From: Phyllosticta citribraziliensis
Taxonomy: Eukaryota
Reading direction: 5' to 3'
Length of the DNA: 64,000 bases
Assembly (NCBI RefSeq): GCF_038025025.1
Contig: NW_027117342.1
Location: 806,001 to 870,000 of the forward strand
Part shown: piece by piece, positions 38,791 to 51,472 of the stretch
Numbering within the stretch: position 1 is the stretch's first letter
Layout: each line of letters begins with the position of its first letter
Notes under the pieces: generated by a model
Seen by the model: only the letters and a program-made list of their open reading frames with translations
Database searches by the model: none
Told to the model about the DNA's origin: nothing
Program-made: the position numbers and the translations under genes

Positions 38791-39075
38791 ATGAAAGGGA
38801 GAGATGTCGAAGACCCATCTCGAGGGTATTCGAGTCAAACGAGGGCGGCGCCTTTCTCAATGGCCTGCTCTGCAACTTCTCTCCTAGAGCGAAACGGGGA
38901 CCTCTGACACAGCTTGCCTGGTGTCCCGTGGCAGTTGTGATTCGTTTCTCCCTGAACATGTTGGTATGCTTTTACCAACATAGCTAGAAATTTAAATTTT
39001 GATTCCGCGAATCTTCCGAATTATCTTTCAAGACGTGTGAGTGCGATTCACTTGAGCAAGTGTCATAGCAAGCAG

Positions 39076-39123
39076 TCGCGTGATTATGCGAGCTTGGTCT
39101 GATTCGCGCGGCGCGCTACGCGT
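39076..39123. promoter_or_regulatory. MCB/CGCG-core cluster upstream of RAD18
   Basis: TCGCGTG near 39076, TTCGCGCGGCGCG near 39103 and exact ACGCGT at 39118-39123. Confidence 0.4.
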
Positions 39124-39281
39124 CTTCGGCCAATCGCGCTGTCACGGCTCGACATTTGCACCTCCAACTCCCCATCTCGCCACGACCGAACCATCTTTCG
39201 CGGGTTTCACGACCCTCTTCCTTTCCACCCCTTCCCTCTCTCGCCAGCGCCTCCTCTCGCCTTCAAGGCAGCCCCAGTGCC

Positions 39282-40967
39282 ATGGATGGCGCCAGCGTCC
39301 TGAACGACAGCACCGACTGGCTTTCGACTGCGCTCCCGTCTTTCGCGCAACTTGAAAACGCTTTGCGCTGTCAAGTCTGCAAGGACCTCTTCAACACGCC
39401 GATGATCACGTCTTGCTCGCATACCTTTTGCTCGCTATGTATTCGCCGCTGCTTCGCCGACGACGGCAAATGCCCCACCTGCCGAACCAGCGACTCAGAC
39501 AGCAGACTACGGCGGAACTGGACAGCGCAGGAGATGGTCGACGTGTGGCACGCGTCAAGAAAAAAAGCGCTGGACTTAGCGAGCAGTGCGGGAGATCCAG
39601 CGCCGCCGCCACAGGCCAAGAAGAGGAAGTTGGAGGTGCCGGATTCAGAGTACGAAGATGGCGAAGAAGAGGTCGCGAGGCCGCGGCGAAAGACGAGGAG
39701 CTCGGCGCGCCAGTCAAGAGCGAACACTCGAGAAGTTGAGGTCGTAAATTTGGATGGGAGTGAGCAGAGCGAGGAGGACCCTGAGCCAAATGACGGCCTG
39801 GTGGCGTGTCCCATGTGCAAGCAGCGCATGAAGGAGGAGGCAGTATTTCCACATCTGGATCATTGCACGGGGCCAGCAGAAACTCGCAGTACACGGGCGA
39901 GTGACAGGTCACGGTACGCAATTTCTGCACCTCATTCTTCTTTCCGTTTGTCTGACGGCAAGCTCAGAACATCAACGGACTCCCCTCACTTCGCACAGCC
40001 ATTAGGAGCGCGCGCCTCCACAAGGAACAACGCCCCGCCCACCCGTCTCCCGCAGCTCGGCTATACGCTTTTGAACGACATGAAGCTCCGGAAAAAGCTA
40101 AAAGAACTGGGTATTCCAAATCATGGGCCACGCGCGCTCCTCATTCGCCGTCACAAAGAGTGGATAAACCTGTGGAATGCAAATTGCGATTCCACCAGAC
40201 CGCTGACGAAGCGCCAACTACTCTCTGATTTAGACAGCTGGGAGCGGAGCCAGGGCAGTGGTCGAAATCAAAGCAGCTGGACGGGCAGAGGAGCAGGAGA
40301 CGTCATGGACAAGGAGTTTAAGAGGGACGGGTGGGCGGAGAGCAATAAGAACCAATATGACGACTTGATCGCCCAGGCGAGGAGTCGGGTCAAGAGGGAG
40401 AGGGAGTCTGCGGCCGCGGCCGCGGCTGAGGAAGCAACAGGAAAGGAAAACGGCGCGCAGAAAGAGGAGGAGCAAAACGAGGAGTACGCCGCTGAGAAAG
40501 GAGATGCCATGGAGCAAGAGGCCATGGAGCAAGAGGTCGCGGAGCAAAGAGAAGAGGCTGCTGAATTGAGAGCGCTAAACGGCATCGACATCGAGGAACA
40601 CAGACAGCAAGAACGGCATCCCTATCATCGCAACCCTTTGAGCCCCCCAGCGGCACATGGCGACTTCACTCAACCACCACCAGCGCAATCCGCGGAATCA
40701 GCACAGTTAGAATCTCCACAGCCACCACCACTTAACTCACCCGACGCCATCGACGCCGTTCGCGCCCAAGTCGATCAGGCGTCGCTACACAGCAGCCAAA
40801 TCGACCAAGCTGCTGCCGCCATCACCGCTGCACCTTCCGAGAAAGCTCTCCCTCAAAATCCGCCCGCCGACGCAGACATGCCGGATGCGGACGCGAGTGC
40901 ACAGCAGCATCCCCCCTTCCAAATCCTCATACCGCGGAGCCCCGACGCGTCCGCCGCCGCCGACTGA
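39282..40967 (+). CDS. RAD18: Post-replication repair E3 ubiquitin ligase Rad18
   Basis: RING (CQVCKD...CSHTFCSLCIRR...CPTC), UBZ (CPMC...HLDHC), SAP-like region (LRKKLKELGIPNHG...WNANCD). Probable in-frame intron 39914-39967. Confidence 0.95.
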   Translation: MDGASVLNDSTDWLSTALPSFAQLENALRCQVCKDLFNTPMITSCSHTFCSLCIRRCFADDGKCPTCRTSDSDSRLRRNWTAQEMVDVWHASRKKALDLASSAGDPAPPPQAKKRKLEVPDSEYEDGEEEVARPRRKTRSSARQSRANTREVEVVNLDGSEQSEEDPEPNDGLVACPMCKQRMKEEAVFPHLDHCTGPAETRSTRASDRSRYAISAPHSSFRLSDGKLRTSTDSPHFAQPLGARASTRNNAPPTRLPQLGYTLLNDMKLRKKLKELGIPNHGPRALLIRRHKEWINLWNANCDSTRPLTKRQLLSDLDSWERSQGSGRNQSSWTGRGAGDVMDKEFKRDGWAESNKNQYDDLIAQARSRVKRERESAAAAAAEEATGKENGAQKEEEQNEEYAAEKGDAMEQEAMEQEVAEQREEAAELRALNGIDIEEHRQQERHPYHRNPLSPPAAHGDFTQPPPAQSAESAQLESPQPPPLNSPDAIDAVRAQVDQASLHSSQIDQAAAAITAAPSEKALPQNPPADADMPDADASAQQHPPFQILIPRSPDASAAAD

Positions 40968-41638
40968 AGCGCGCCAAAAATTACTTGACTGCGGCTTGCG
41001 GCCATCGAGGCTTTGCTGGCTCCAGACTTCCCCGCACAGCTCGCGCAAATGCGGGTTCGAGTGCGGAGATAGAGACGTATCCCTCATGGCATAACTGAAG
41101 GTCTTGACCTCCCTTTTGCGTGCATCGTCAGCTGGAACAGCACACGCGCGCCGTTTGGGACCAGCCAGACTATCCTCAACACTGAGGGGATAGACCGGAG
41201 ACTCCCGATGGGTCAGGGGATCATACCACTTGGAACATCTCAGGGAAGAAAGAGACTACAAGCAGAAGAAGCGTTTGAGAAAACATTCAATATCATCGAA
41301 CCCGTTTTTTGGAATTTGGACTGCGGCCAGCATTGAGGAGGCGCATGTGTGATTGGAGGGACAGGCAGTGTCGGTCTGGCGCACGAGGCGTTGTCTTTTG
41401 TGTTGTTTCTACAGCATGTACGTATGCATGGCGTAAGCTGAGAGCAAGGAAAAGGGGAGAAGATGTATAGATACCCTGTGCGAGCGGCGCGGATGCAATG
41501 GCAGATTCTTCGGCTTTGGTGTCTGGAAAATGCGTGCCGTGAAACCATGAAGTTGATTGAACTGTACGGTACGTGCTTTGGCTTTGAAGGTGAGCTACGG
41601 TAGCTACATTAATTAAGGTACGCGGTTGATCTACTACA

Positions 41639-43293
41639 TCACTGTGCTCGCAAAGGCGCCTCTTTCTGTCTTTCTTCTGCCTGCTCGCCAGAAGACTGGC
41701 TCGGCCGTTGGTCGTCCAGGGACATACGGCCCAACTCCTGCGACGCCTGCAACAACTCCTCTTCTCCTCCTTGCGTCTTCTCCTCATGCTCCTGATCCTT
41801 CGCGCCATCGCTCCTCTCCGCCCTCTCTCTCTCCCTCTCCCTCCTCTTCCTCTCCGCCTCCAGCCCATCCAACTCCTGCAGCCGCCGCCTCGTCCTCTCC
41901 GCCTCCTCCGCCTCCCTCTTCTCCCTCTCCGCCCTTTCAAGCTCCGCAAACTCAGCCTCGACATCCTCCTCATCAACGACCGCACCAGCCGGGCCCTCCC
42001 TACCCACCTCACCCACAAGCGCGCTGACCTCGTCCACGCGGCCCATCTCGTCGCGCAGCCGCTCGACAACCTCCTCCACACCCTCGGCGCCGCCCACCTG
42101 CGCATTGAGGCTCTTGAGCACGCCCGCGCTGGCCTCCATCGCGCGCACGACCTCGACTTGATCCGCGGCCTCTTCGATGCGCGCAAAGACCGTTTCCAGC
42201 TGCGCCAGCGTGTCGGCGCGCCGCGTCAGTGCGCTCTCGGCGAGCTTCTTGGAGCGCAGGGCGGCGCGCGCGGCAGCGGTGCTTTTGGCTGCGACGGCGG
42301 AGCGCGCTGCGTGGTCACATTCGGTTATGCGGGCCGTAAGTCCGGGGAGCTGTGTCGAGAGGTTGGCGATTAGGCTGCGCAGGTGCGCGATGGTGATGTC
42401 GTGCTGTGTTATGGGTTCGGGGTGGGCGGCGGAGGCGGGCTTGAGCTTGATGGTTTGCGTAGTCGGGTCGTAGGAGAGGACGGCTTTGTCGCGGGAGAGG
42501 TGGGTCAAAAGGATGGAGAGGTCTGTCGAGGAGAGGTCGTGTGAGGGAGACAGCGCGTGCGAGTAGGTCGAGGCAAAGGTGTCGAGGTTGTAGATGAGGT
42601 CGATGGGAGATTTGACGCTGTTTGTTTGGGAGATAATGGCACTGGCTGCAGCCTGTCATCGTACGTACGTTAGTGCGATGGTTGTTGTACTGAGCGAGGT
42701 TGCGCAACGTACCTCGAGATTGGCCATGACGACGAACTCGCCCGAGACCAGTCTATCTGGCGAGCCGTTCCCCAGCACTCCCAGTTGATGTAGCCCCCAT
42801 GATAGCACCGACCACGGTATCGAGCCCCAGTTCCACGAGTATATGCTTGTTTTCGCAGTCATAAAGTCCTTCAGCGGGATGAGTTCTTTCCGGGCCACCG
42901 CATCTTGCTACACGCTGTCAGCATAATGCATGCCCCTCATCCACATGGTATCATACTATTACGGCAGCAAGCGCCAGCGGCTGTCCCCATTCTTTTGTCG
43001 AAAGCTCCCGCAGTAGTTGGTCGCCAGTACCAAATGTGAGTAGGTTATTTGCACCGGTTTGGGAGGGTATCAGTCCCGCGCGTGTCGCGTCTATCAGCGC
43101 CTTCCGCCATGCCGAAATGTTTGCGTGGTAGCCGTCTGGGTTTGTTGCTTGTTGTATGCGAAAGTCCGAGTACAAGGAGGATAGGCGGCCTCGACTGCGG
43201 GCAAGTCAGAGAAGACTCTCGAAGGCGCAAGGATGGAAGGTACCTCTTGAAAGCTTCCTCGTTTTCAAGAATGAATTTGAGGAGCTGGGACAT
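41639..43293 (-). CDS. CMP7: ESCRT-III related CHMP7/Cmp7 (winged-helix N-terminus plus Snf7 domain), multi-exon
   Basis: RLSSLYSDF...NPDGYHANISAW...WGQPLAL N-terminus; Snf7-type ALRSKKLAE...IEEAADQVEVVRAMEAS...VDEEDVEAEFAELE. Confidence 0.88.
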
Positions 43294-43464
43294 GGTGTGT
43301 TGGTAGGCGGGTCGTCAAGAAAGTTGGATTGTTGACGTGACAGACGCCAAGATGGGAGCGATAAGGTAGGGCCAAAGGCGGTGAGGTGCGGCATGAGCTT
43401 CACCCCGCAGGACCCATGTCCGGTCATGGAACAGGGGAATAGCTTTTGGCAACGATTCAATCTC

Positions 43465-44744
43465 TTATTCCTTGCCTCCAAGATATCTATAAACCACTGA
43501 AAAGTCCTTGCCCTTGCAATCCGGATGCTCGTCAACTGCGTCATAAATCGTTCTTGCTTGCTCACCCAGAACCAGCTTGATCCCCGCCTCATGGGAACCT
43601 TTCAAAGCCAGGCCCAAGTCCTTCTTCATGAGACCAATACCAAACCCTCCGTCATAGTCTCGACTTGCTGGAGACCCTTCGACGACACCGGGCACAGGAT
43701 TGTTGACCTCACTAGGCCAGCATTTACCCGTACACGAGTTGATCATGTCTGCAAGGGCTGTGGGATCCAAGCCCCACTGTACGCCCATGTTCATGGCCTC
43801 GGCAGTAGCAATGTTGTTGATTGCAAGGAGGTAGTTGTTGGCAAGTTTTCCTTTGAGACCGGAACTCGCAGGTCCCAGGTGAATAACGCGCTTGCCCATC
43901 ATCGAAAGTATCTCCCGTACGCGGTCAATAAGCTCAGGAGGAGCGCCGACCATAAAAGTCAAAGTTCCCTTTTCCGCTCCAACGACACCGCCAGACATTG
44001 GGGCGTCAACAAACTTTCCCTGGCCTGACGAGTGCGCTGCGTTGGCAACACCGAGAGAAGTCATTGGGTCAATGGTCGACACATCGATGAACAGACGCTC
44101 CTTTGCTGCGCCTTTCGTCAAAAGATCTGGAGGAATCAACATGGTGGCGTAAACGCTCTGCACGTGGTGCGGCTCAGGCAAGGCAGTGATGATGGTTTCC
44201 TAATTCGGCACATTAGCTCATGTTGCAGTCAAGCTCGGACAATACTTAATGATGTACAGAAAACAACTTCAGAGGATTGGCTTTGATGAAGTAGGAATCA
44301 TTGCAAGGGCTGCAAGCAACCCCCAACTTAGATCATAGATAGAACATGCTCATCTTGGTGGTGGCGCAAAGCACGAGAACGAGAAGAACTTACCGCTTGC
44401 TCTGCAACCTCGCGGGCTGACTTGGCCACTTGTACGCCATTTCCGCCCGTGGCCTCTAGGAATCTGGCTGATGAATTTGTGTCGACGTCGTGGACGAACA
44501 AAGTGTCGTCCTTTGGCAATTTCGCCCGCAAATTCTTGGCCATTGGGAGTCCTGTACAAACGGCTGTTAGCCCTGACACTGATCACGCGACATTGCATCA
44601 ACCGGGAAACTTACCCATCCGTCCCAAACCTATGAAGCCCCAGACGGCCTGGTTGGCCGATGATGTGGAGAAGCATCTTGGCGTGGAGATGCGACGGACG
44701 ACGGGCGCAGCGTTTGCGGAAATGCGATGGAGAAGAGCAGCCAT
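43465..44744 (-). CDS. 3-hydroxyisobutyrate dehydrogenase, mitochondrial (3 exons)
   Basis: Presequence-like Arg-rich start, GFIGLGRMG, DAPMSGG, LTFMVG, KLANNYLL, DYDGGF, MKKDL. Introns 44552-44614 and 44200-44393. Confidence 0.93.
44269..44356 (-). ncRNA. Candidate intronic box C/D snoRNA with two large-subunit rRNA antisense elements
   Basis: Minus strand: C-like AAGAUGA, guide UGUUCUAUC, D' AUGA, internal hairpin GGGGGUUGC/GCAGCCCUU, C'-like AUGAUUC, guide AAAGCCAAUCCU, box D CUGA. It sits in a 194-nt intron. Confidence 0.7.
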
Positions 44745-45495
44745 GGTTCGTTGCTGGACCGCGACTTTGACTTGATCGGAAGCAACGAGGACAGGAACGG
44801 TATTAGAAAGGCAAGGGACGACGCCAACAGTAGCCGAGTCCGAACGAATTGCGCCTCCGCATGCCGGTGGAGTAACGGTGCTTCTGCCGAGGTGTGACTA
44901 GGTCACATATCATTCGATGGTTTGTCGGCCCCCTCTTCCCAGTTCCCTGACGATCCGCTGAGAGATGCGGCTGAGCCAAGAACGGAGAAGCCGCCCGCCC
45001 GGTGTTGGCTGTCAAGGCATCCCCGCTGGTTTGGTGAGGTGCCGGGATGGACGCCGGGCCCAAATGCTGACCTTGGATTTCGGTGGTTTGACGGGTGCGG
45101 GGAAGGAATGGGGAAATGATGAGAGAGTGGAGAGGATGGACAGGATCATGGAGAAAAAATGGATCACAAGTGGGCATCGCTTCGCGGCTTTGTCATCGGC
45201 TAATACCTTCTGTTCCTGTAGGGCCTCCTCGACCCTGACCATTGTTGAAATGCATTCAATATTGGCGCATTCCATTGGACTGCGCATTCATTTTCGAAAT
45301 TCTCCGATGCTCGCTCGCTGCAAGTAAAGCCCTTGCCTGCTCAAAATGATGCCACGCCAAATGAGGCCCCAGAGTCCCCAATAAGAAGGCCCTTTTTCAA
45401 TGCCGAACGCCATCGCTATGCCACCGTACCCAAGCCTGCCTGTCCGCTCAAAAGTCGTCGGTTTGTGAAAGCTCCGCCGTCTGCGTCGGCTCCCC

Positions 45496-46561
45496 TTACA
45501 GTTGCGTCTGCTCGTCAGCCGGCTCATCCTCCGACTCCTCCGAATCCTCGATGCGTTGCATCTGCCTCTTGGTCAAAGGCTTCTTCTTTTTCGTCGTGTC
45601 GCTCGGATCATGTCTTTCGCAACTGATTGCGTCAAGGTATTGCTCGTTGGTCATGTTGGTCCTGAGCCTGGGTGCTTCTTCCGTCTCGTCGACAAACAGC
45701 TTTTCGTGAAACATGTCGTATGCTTCCTCGGCCTGCGAACGTTAGCAATGGGCAACAGGATGGTCTGGATAATGGTACCTCTTCGTCGAAGTAGCGGAGT
45801 TTTGACCACTTCTCTTCTTGCGCAAGGTGGAGAAATTGTTTCGATGCGGCCGCTTCGTCACCATACTCGCTCTTGATTGTCATCTGGACGGCGCGCGGTT
45901 CGTTGGCCTTTGGTCCGTCGACAGTACCACGCTCTCGACGCTTAGTAGCATCCCCCAGCTCTTTGACGGCATCCAGGTGATGAAATTGCGGCCTCATTTG
46001 AACGACTCCAGTGACCTTTGTCAAATGGAGTTCCTTGCCACGGAATGCAGCGAGCATGTAGGATGGCTTGCCCACTTCATCCTTCATGATTTGGCCTCCA
46101 AGTGTTTGCCTGTTCAAGACGTGACCCTTGTCATTCGCGTCCTCGAATCGCAAAAGCATCTGCTCTACGGCATCGTCCTCCAACTCCATGTCTTCAATGT
46201 CCGCGCGTGATGTAGGCGCACCTCGAGTTGGCACTGCAGCCCTTGAAAGGCCGCTGAAGCCCGCAGACAAACCAAAGCCACTCTCGCCACTGTCTTGGGC
46301 CTTGCGCATTGCCTCACCCCAAGTGATTCCCTTGCGCTTGTCGTAGTTCATGTGCACGTTTACGGGAACGTCGACTTCTATGAATCCTGCTTCGGGCTTC
46401 AGGCGCATTTCGAGTGGCCGGCAGTTGTTTGCATCGTTGTATGGTTGCTCGCGGTCTCGGTTGGGGTATTGCAAGAGGTAGATTTGCTCCTCGAGCTCCG
46501 GTGTGATGAAGACGTCGTACTCGGCCGTGACGGGGTCGTCTAGATCTGCGGCTGAGGTCAA
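45496..46561 (-). CDS. RPC5: DNA-directed RNA polymerase III subunit Rpc5/Rpc37 (Sin_N family)
   Basis: DDPVTAEYDVFI...YLLQYPNR, QTLGGQI, ELHLTKV.GVVQMRPQFHHLD. Intron about 45733-45778. Confidence 0.9.
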
Positions 46562-47004
46562 TTAGCATTGGGACGTCGAGAGCGGACAAAGTAAATTCTG
46601 GTGCGGGCGACGATTTTGCAGGAAAAACTCGAATGCGCCGGTCGGCAGACAGCACCAGGGGGGGAATTTGAGAGGTAGGAACAGCTTGTCTACTTACGAG
46701 GCATGGTGCTCGGCAGTGCACGACGAGTCCAAGAGCGTCAGCCGAGGTTGGTGAGAGCAAAAAGTGGTGGATCAGAGTCAGAGAGCTTTCCCGACGGAGA
46801 CGAAAGTAGCCCGCGCGGGCCGTGCGCGTCGAGCATCGCGTCACTTCCTCTGAGCGCGCGCATCTGCCCTGCCGTGCGCTGCACCCGCAACGGCGATAGT
46901 CTGAGCAAACTCCGGTCTTCTCCATCAACCTCCACCCTCGAACCCGCTCTCTTCACGCTCTACCTCCCCCAGATCCGCGCCCTCTGCTGCGCTTGCTATC
47001 CAGC

Positions 47005-50000
47005 ATGGCGTACATTGCTCCAATTCACCGACCAAGCAGCATTAGGCATGCGCTGAAGCTGCGGCTGCTGACGCCCGACGAAGACTGCCTTGTGGTTGCG
47101 TACGCTCACACTTGTCCATGCTAGATGAAGCACCGCTAATCCGTCTACCAATCCAGCAAGGCCAATCGGCTCGAAATATTCCTCCAAACCGAAGATGGCC
47201 TGTCGTTTCACCGCGCCGAACCCTGCTATGGCAATGTCACCATGCTCAGCAAAATCACGCCCTCCCAAACGTCGACAGACCTCCTCTTTGTTGGTACAGA
47301 CCGCCATACATATTTTGCGTTATCTTGGGATGCTGGGTCGAAAAGACTCAAGACGATCAAGAGCTATTTGGATGTTGCAGACAGAGCCGCGCGGGACTCA
47401 CAAACGGGAGACCGTTGCTTGATTGATCCTACGGGCCAACTCATGACTCTGGAAATATACGAAGGCATCGTCACAGTGATTCCGTTGACGGAGAGGAGCA
47501 AAAAGAAGGCGATTCCAGACGCCAACAAGATGGGGGAGCCCGTGCCATCCAGGATAGAAGAAATGTTTGTCCGGTCGTCTGCCTTCTTGCATCGCAAATC
47601 GCCAGAGACTGAGAAACCCTTGATGGCACTACTCTATGAAGATGATGAAGAAAGCAAAATTCGTCTGCGATTGCGTCAGGTCAATTTTACTCCTGCTGCT
47701 GCCTCGGACGACACGGGGAGCCCGGACCTTGAAATAATAGAAGGCACCAAAGATGACTTGGACCTTGGAGCTGGCCACCTGATACCTGTTCCAGGGCCAT
47801 CCTACGGGGCTCTTATTCTGGGCGAGACGTCCATATCCTACTTCAACGACTACACAAAATCTCTCATCAAACGTCCTTTGGAGGAATCAACAATTTTTGT
47901 CGCCTGGGAACAAGTCGATTCCCAGAGGTTTTTGCTGGCTGACGAGTTTGGGAGCCTATCGCTCCTCATGCTGCTTTTTGACGAGAGCGGCGCTGTCGAT
48001 GGTTGGAAGCTGGAAAAGCTCGGCGAGACCTCGAGAGCTTCGGTCCTCGTGTATCTGGATGCCGGTCATCTTTTCGTTGGCTCCCACGAAGGCGATTCGC
48101 AGGTCATCAAGCTTGCAGAGAAATCAATCGAAATTGTCCAGACTTTCCCCAACATTGCGCCCATCTTAGACTTTACCATCATGGACATGGGAAATAGGTC
48201 GGGTGAGGGACAGGGCAACGAATACTCTTCCGGTCAAGCTCGAATAGTCACAGGAAGCGGCGCATTCAAGGACGGTAGTCTCCGAAGTGTACGAAGTGGT
48301 GTCGGTTTGGAAGACCATGGATCCATCGGCGAGATTGGGAGCATTTCGAATATTTTCAGTCTCAAATCCTCCCAAGGCATCGAATTCGACGACACTCTTC
48401 TCGTCTCTCTGGTGGACGAAACCCGGGTGTTCGCCTTCGATTCGACGGGACAAGTTGAGGAGCTCGAAGAATTCAAAGGCCTAGTATTGTTGGAAAGCAC
48501 TCTGCTGGCCCGCAATCTTCCAGGCGACAGACTCCTCCAAGTCTCGAGCTCTGCAGCCCGCATTACAGACCGAGAAAGCAGCATGATTGTCTCAGAGTGG
48601 AATGCACCCGCAAACCACGTAATCACTGATGTCGCCGCGAACGACGCGTTCTTGGTCGTCTCTGTTGGTGGCGGCCGAGTCATTGTTCTATCAACCACCG
48701 ACTCTCTCAAAACGCACGTTGAAAAGGACTTTGGAGCCGACAATCAAGTTGCGTGTGTTGCACTTCCACAATCACCAGATAAGGTCTGCATAGTCGGCTT
48801 CTGGCAAAGCTGCACCGTCTCCATCTTGAGTCTCGATGACCTCCAGCAGATTCAATCAGCACCACTTAGCCACAACGGATCTTCTGTGCCCCGGTCATTG
48901 CTTCTCACGCAAATCTTCGACGCGCCACAACCAACCTTGTTCGTCGCCACTGGAGATGGAAACGTCGTCACATTCTCCGTGGATCCAAACACATACGCTC
49001 TGTCCAACAAGAAGAGTACCATCCTCGGAACTCAGCAGGCAAACTTCCGTGCATTGCCTCGTGGTGATGGTCTTTACAATGTCTTTGCCACATGCGAGCA
49101 CCCAAGCTTAATATACGGTTCAGAAGGGCGCTTGGTTTACTCTGCTGTGACAGCAGAAAAGGCCACTTCTGTTTGTCCCTTCAATGCCGAAGCGTATCCC
49201 GGCGCAGTGGCTATCGCATCCTCTGGAGAACTACACATTGCGCTCGTTGATTCCGAGCGGACAACGCATGTGCAAACGCTCCATGTGAGCGAGACAGTGC
49301 GCAGAATAGCGTACTCCCCTGCGCTGAAAGCGTTTGGCCTCGGCACAATCAAACGGTCAATACGCGACCACGAAGAAGTTGTGCAGGGCCACTTCAAACT
49401 GGTCGACGAGGTCGTGTTCAAAGAGCTGCACAGCTTCGAAATGAACGAGTACGAGATTGTAGAGTCCGTGATGCGAGCAGAGTTGAGCGATGGAAGCGGC
49501 GAAGTCGCTGAACGATTCGTAGTCGGAACTGCATATCTCAACGAAGAAGAGGACAAGGAGAGCGCACGCGGCCGCATTTTGGTCTTTGAGGTCACTGAAG
49601 ACCGTCAACTGAAGGTTGTTGCGGAGCTTTCCGTCAAGGGAGCTTGCAGGTGTTTAGCCATGGTAGAGGGCAAAATTGTTGCTGCTCTCATCAAGACGGT
49701 AAGTCCAAAATTTCACCCTTGAGAATTTTTTAACATTGCCCCAGGTCGTCGTCTATTCGTTCGAATACCGCACCGCGAGCACTCCTGAGCTCATCAAAAA
49801 GGCTGCCTTCCGCACTTCAACAGCACCAATCGATGTTGTAGTCTCGGGCAAAATCATTGCCATCGCCGATCTAATGAAGTCAGTTTCGCTAGTCGAGTAC
49901 CATCCCGGAGATGGCGAGCGCAACGACCGGCTGACCGAAGTTGCCCGACATCTCCAAGTGAGCTGGTCCACAGCGCTGGCCGAGATCAAGGAAAACACCT

Positions 50001-50592
50001 ATCTCCAAGCAGACGCCGAGGGCAACCTGACGATGCTCGAGCGCGACGTCAGTGGTGTCACGGCCGAAGACCAGAGGCGACTAGTGCCACGCGGCGACAT
50101 GTTGCTCGGCGAACAGGTGAACCGCATGCGCCGCGTTGATGTTGCAGTAGCGACAGACGCGCCAGTGATTCCAAAAGCCTTCCTCGCAACAGTGAGTCTC
50201 CCTTAGCGAGCAGCAGGGTGGCAGTAGCTAATCAGACATTCGCGTAGGTCGAGGGCTCCCTCTACCTCTTCGCCCTCATTTCGCCCTCCAAAATCGACCT
50301 TCTCCTCCGCCTGCAAGCCATGCTCGCCGAATTCCTACACGAAGAAGAGCTCATACCCGGCTACTCCATGGAATATGGAACACCGGGCGCGCCATTCAAC
50401 GAGTACCGCGCCTTCCGCAACCAGGTTCGCGCCGAGGAGGAGCCAAATCGATTCGTCGACGGCGACTTGATTGAGCAATTTCTGAATCTGGACTCGGATG
50501 ATCAGGACGAGGTTGTCCAGCGTCTCAGGTACAAGGATATCGATGTCGATTCGGTGAGGACCATGGTCGAGACGCTTAAGAGGCTGCATTGA
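47005..50592 (+). CDS. DDB1: DNA damage-binding protein 1 (DDB1, CUL4 adaptor), multi-exon
   Basis: MAYIAPIHRPSS start, FVGSHEGDSQ, NIAPILDF, GSGAFKDGSLRSVRSGVG, ADLMKSVSL, FVDGDLIEQFL, VETLKRLH end. Confidence 0.95.
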
Positions 50593-51472
50593 ATTCGGTA
50601 GCTTGGGTTGGGGGACTGCTGGCGCGTTGTGATGGCGGCTTTTGGAGCGATTTTGTCGGCGACGTTGTAGCTCATAGATGGACATGTTACTCCTGACGGA
50701 CGTACTTAGAGGACGGGCCCATCCTGTCTCGGATGATCAGCATGTGGATCGTGATGCTACAAGGCAATTCAAAAAGACGTTGCTCTTCAATCATCCACTC
50801 GCCTCTCCTACTTCACAGCCAACAGCGCAGGTCTCTGGCCAAATAGGCAGCAAAACAATAAGACTCCTTTAACAAAAATAGAGAAAGAGACTTCGGTTGC
50901 GTGCATGCGCAGCCCCCGACTCGAACGCGCACGCACAGCATTGCCTAAAAAAGATCAAGGCCAGCCCTCCATCCGCATTTGCTCTCAAAGTCGTCCAGCC
51001 AATCGCCCCACATATTGATTGACTGACAGCCCCCGGAACCACTCTGGCCACCCGCGATTTCCGGTTCGATGAAGTAGAGGCTGGGGTTTTGGTTAATATA
51101 ACAAGGTCGAGGGTTATAGAGTAGGTTTTTGTAGGTGCTTCTGTCTGAGTGATTGCTCATGTTTTTGCACTCGACAACGCCATGGCTGGATGTGCCTTCA
51201 ATCACCTTTGTTGACAGTTGGTGTTGATAGTTGGGGCGTCGGGTAGGTCCTTGGGAGCATCCAAGCCTCTTCACTTCATGCGCCCTCAGCCAAGAGCATT
51301 CATTGGTAAGAAAGCTTTTCTACCACGACAGAGCAACACCACACGAACCTTCGACCCCCGCCTGGCTGCTACCTATCTTGCTAAAAAGATGTCACGCCGC
51401 TCAATGATTCCGTCAACTACCATCATCTTCTTTCGCAACCAAAAACACGCCTGGCTCGCTGAGTGAAAGCAC

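Noticed and set aside
41050..41240. GGTTCGAG B-box-like motif and a small hairpin downstream of RAD18
   Set aside because: No cloverleaf or 5S rRNA similarity; probably 3' UTR sequence.
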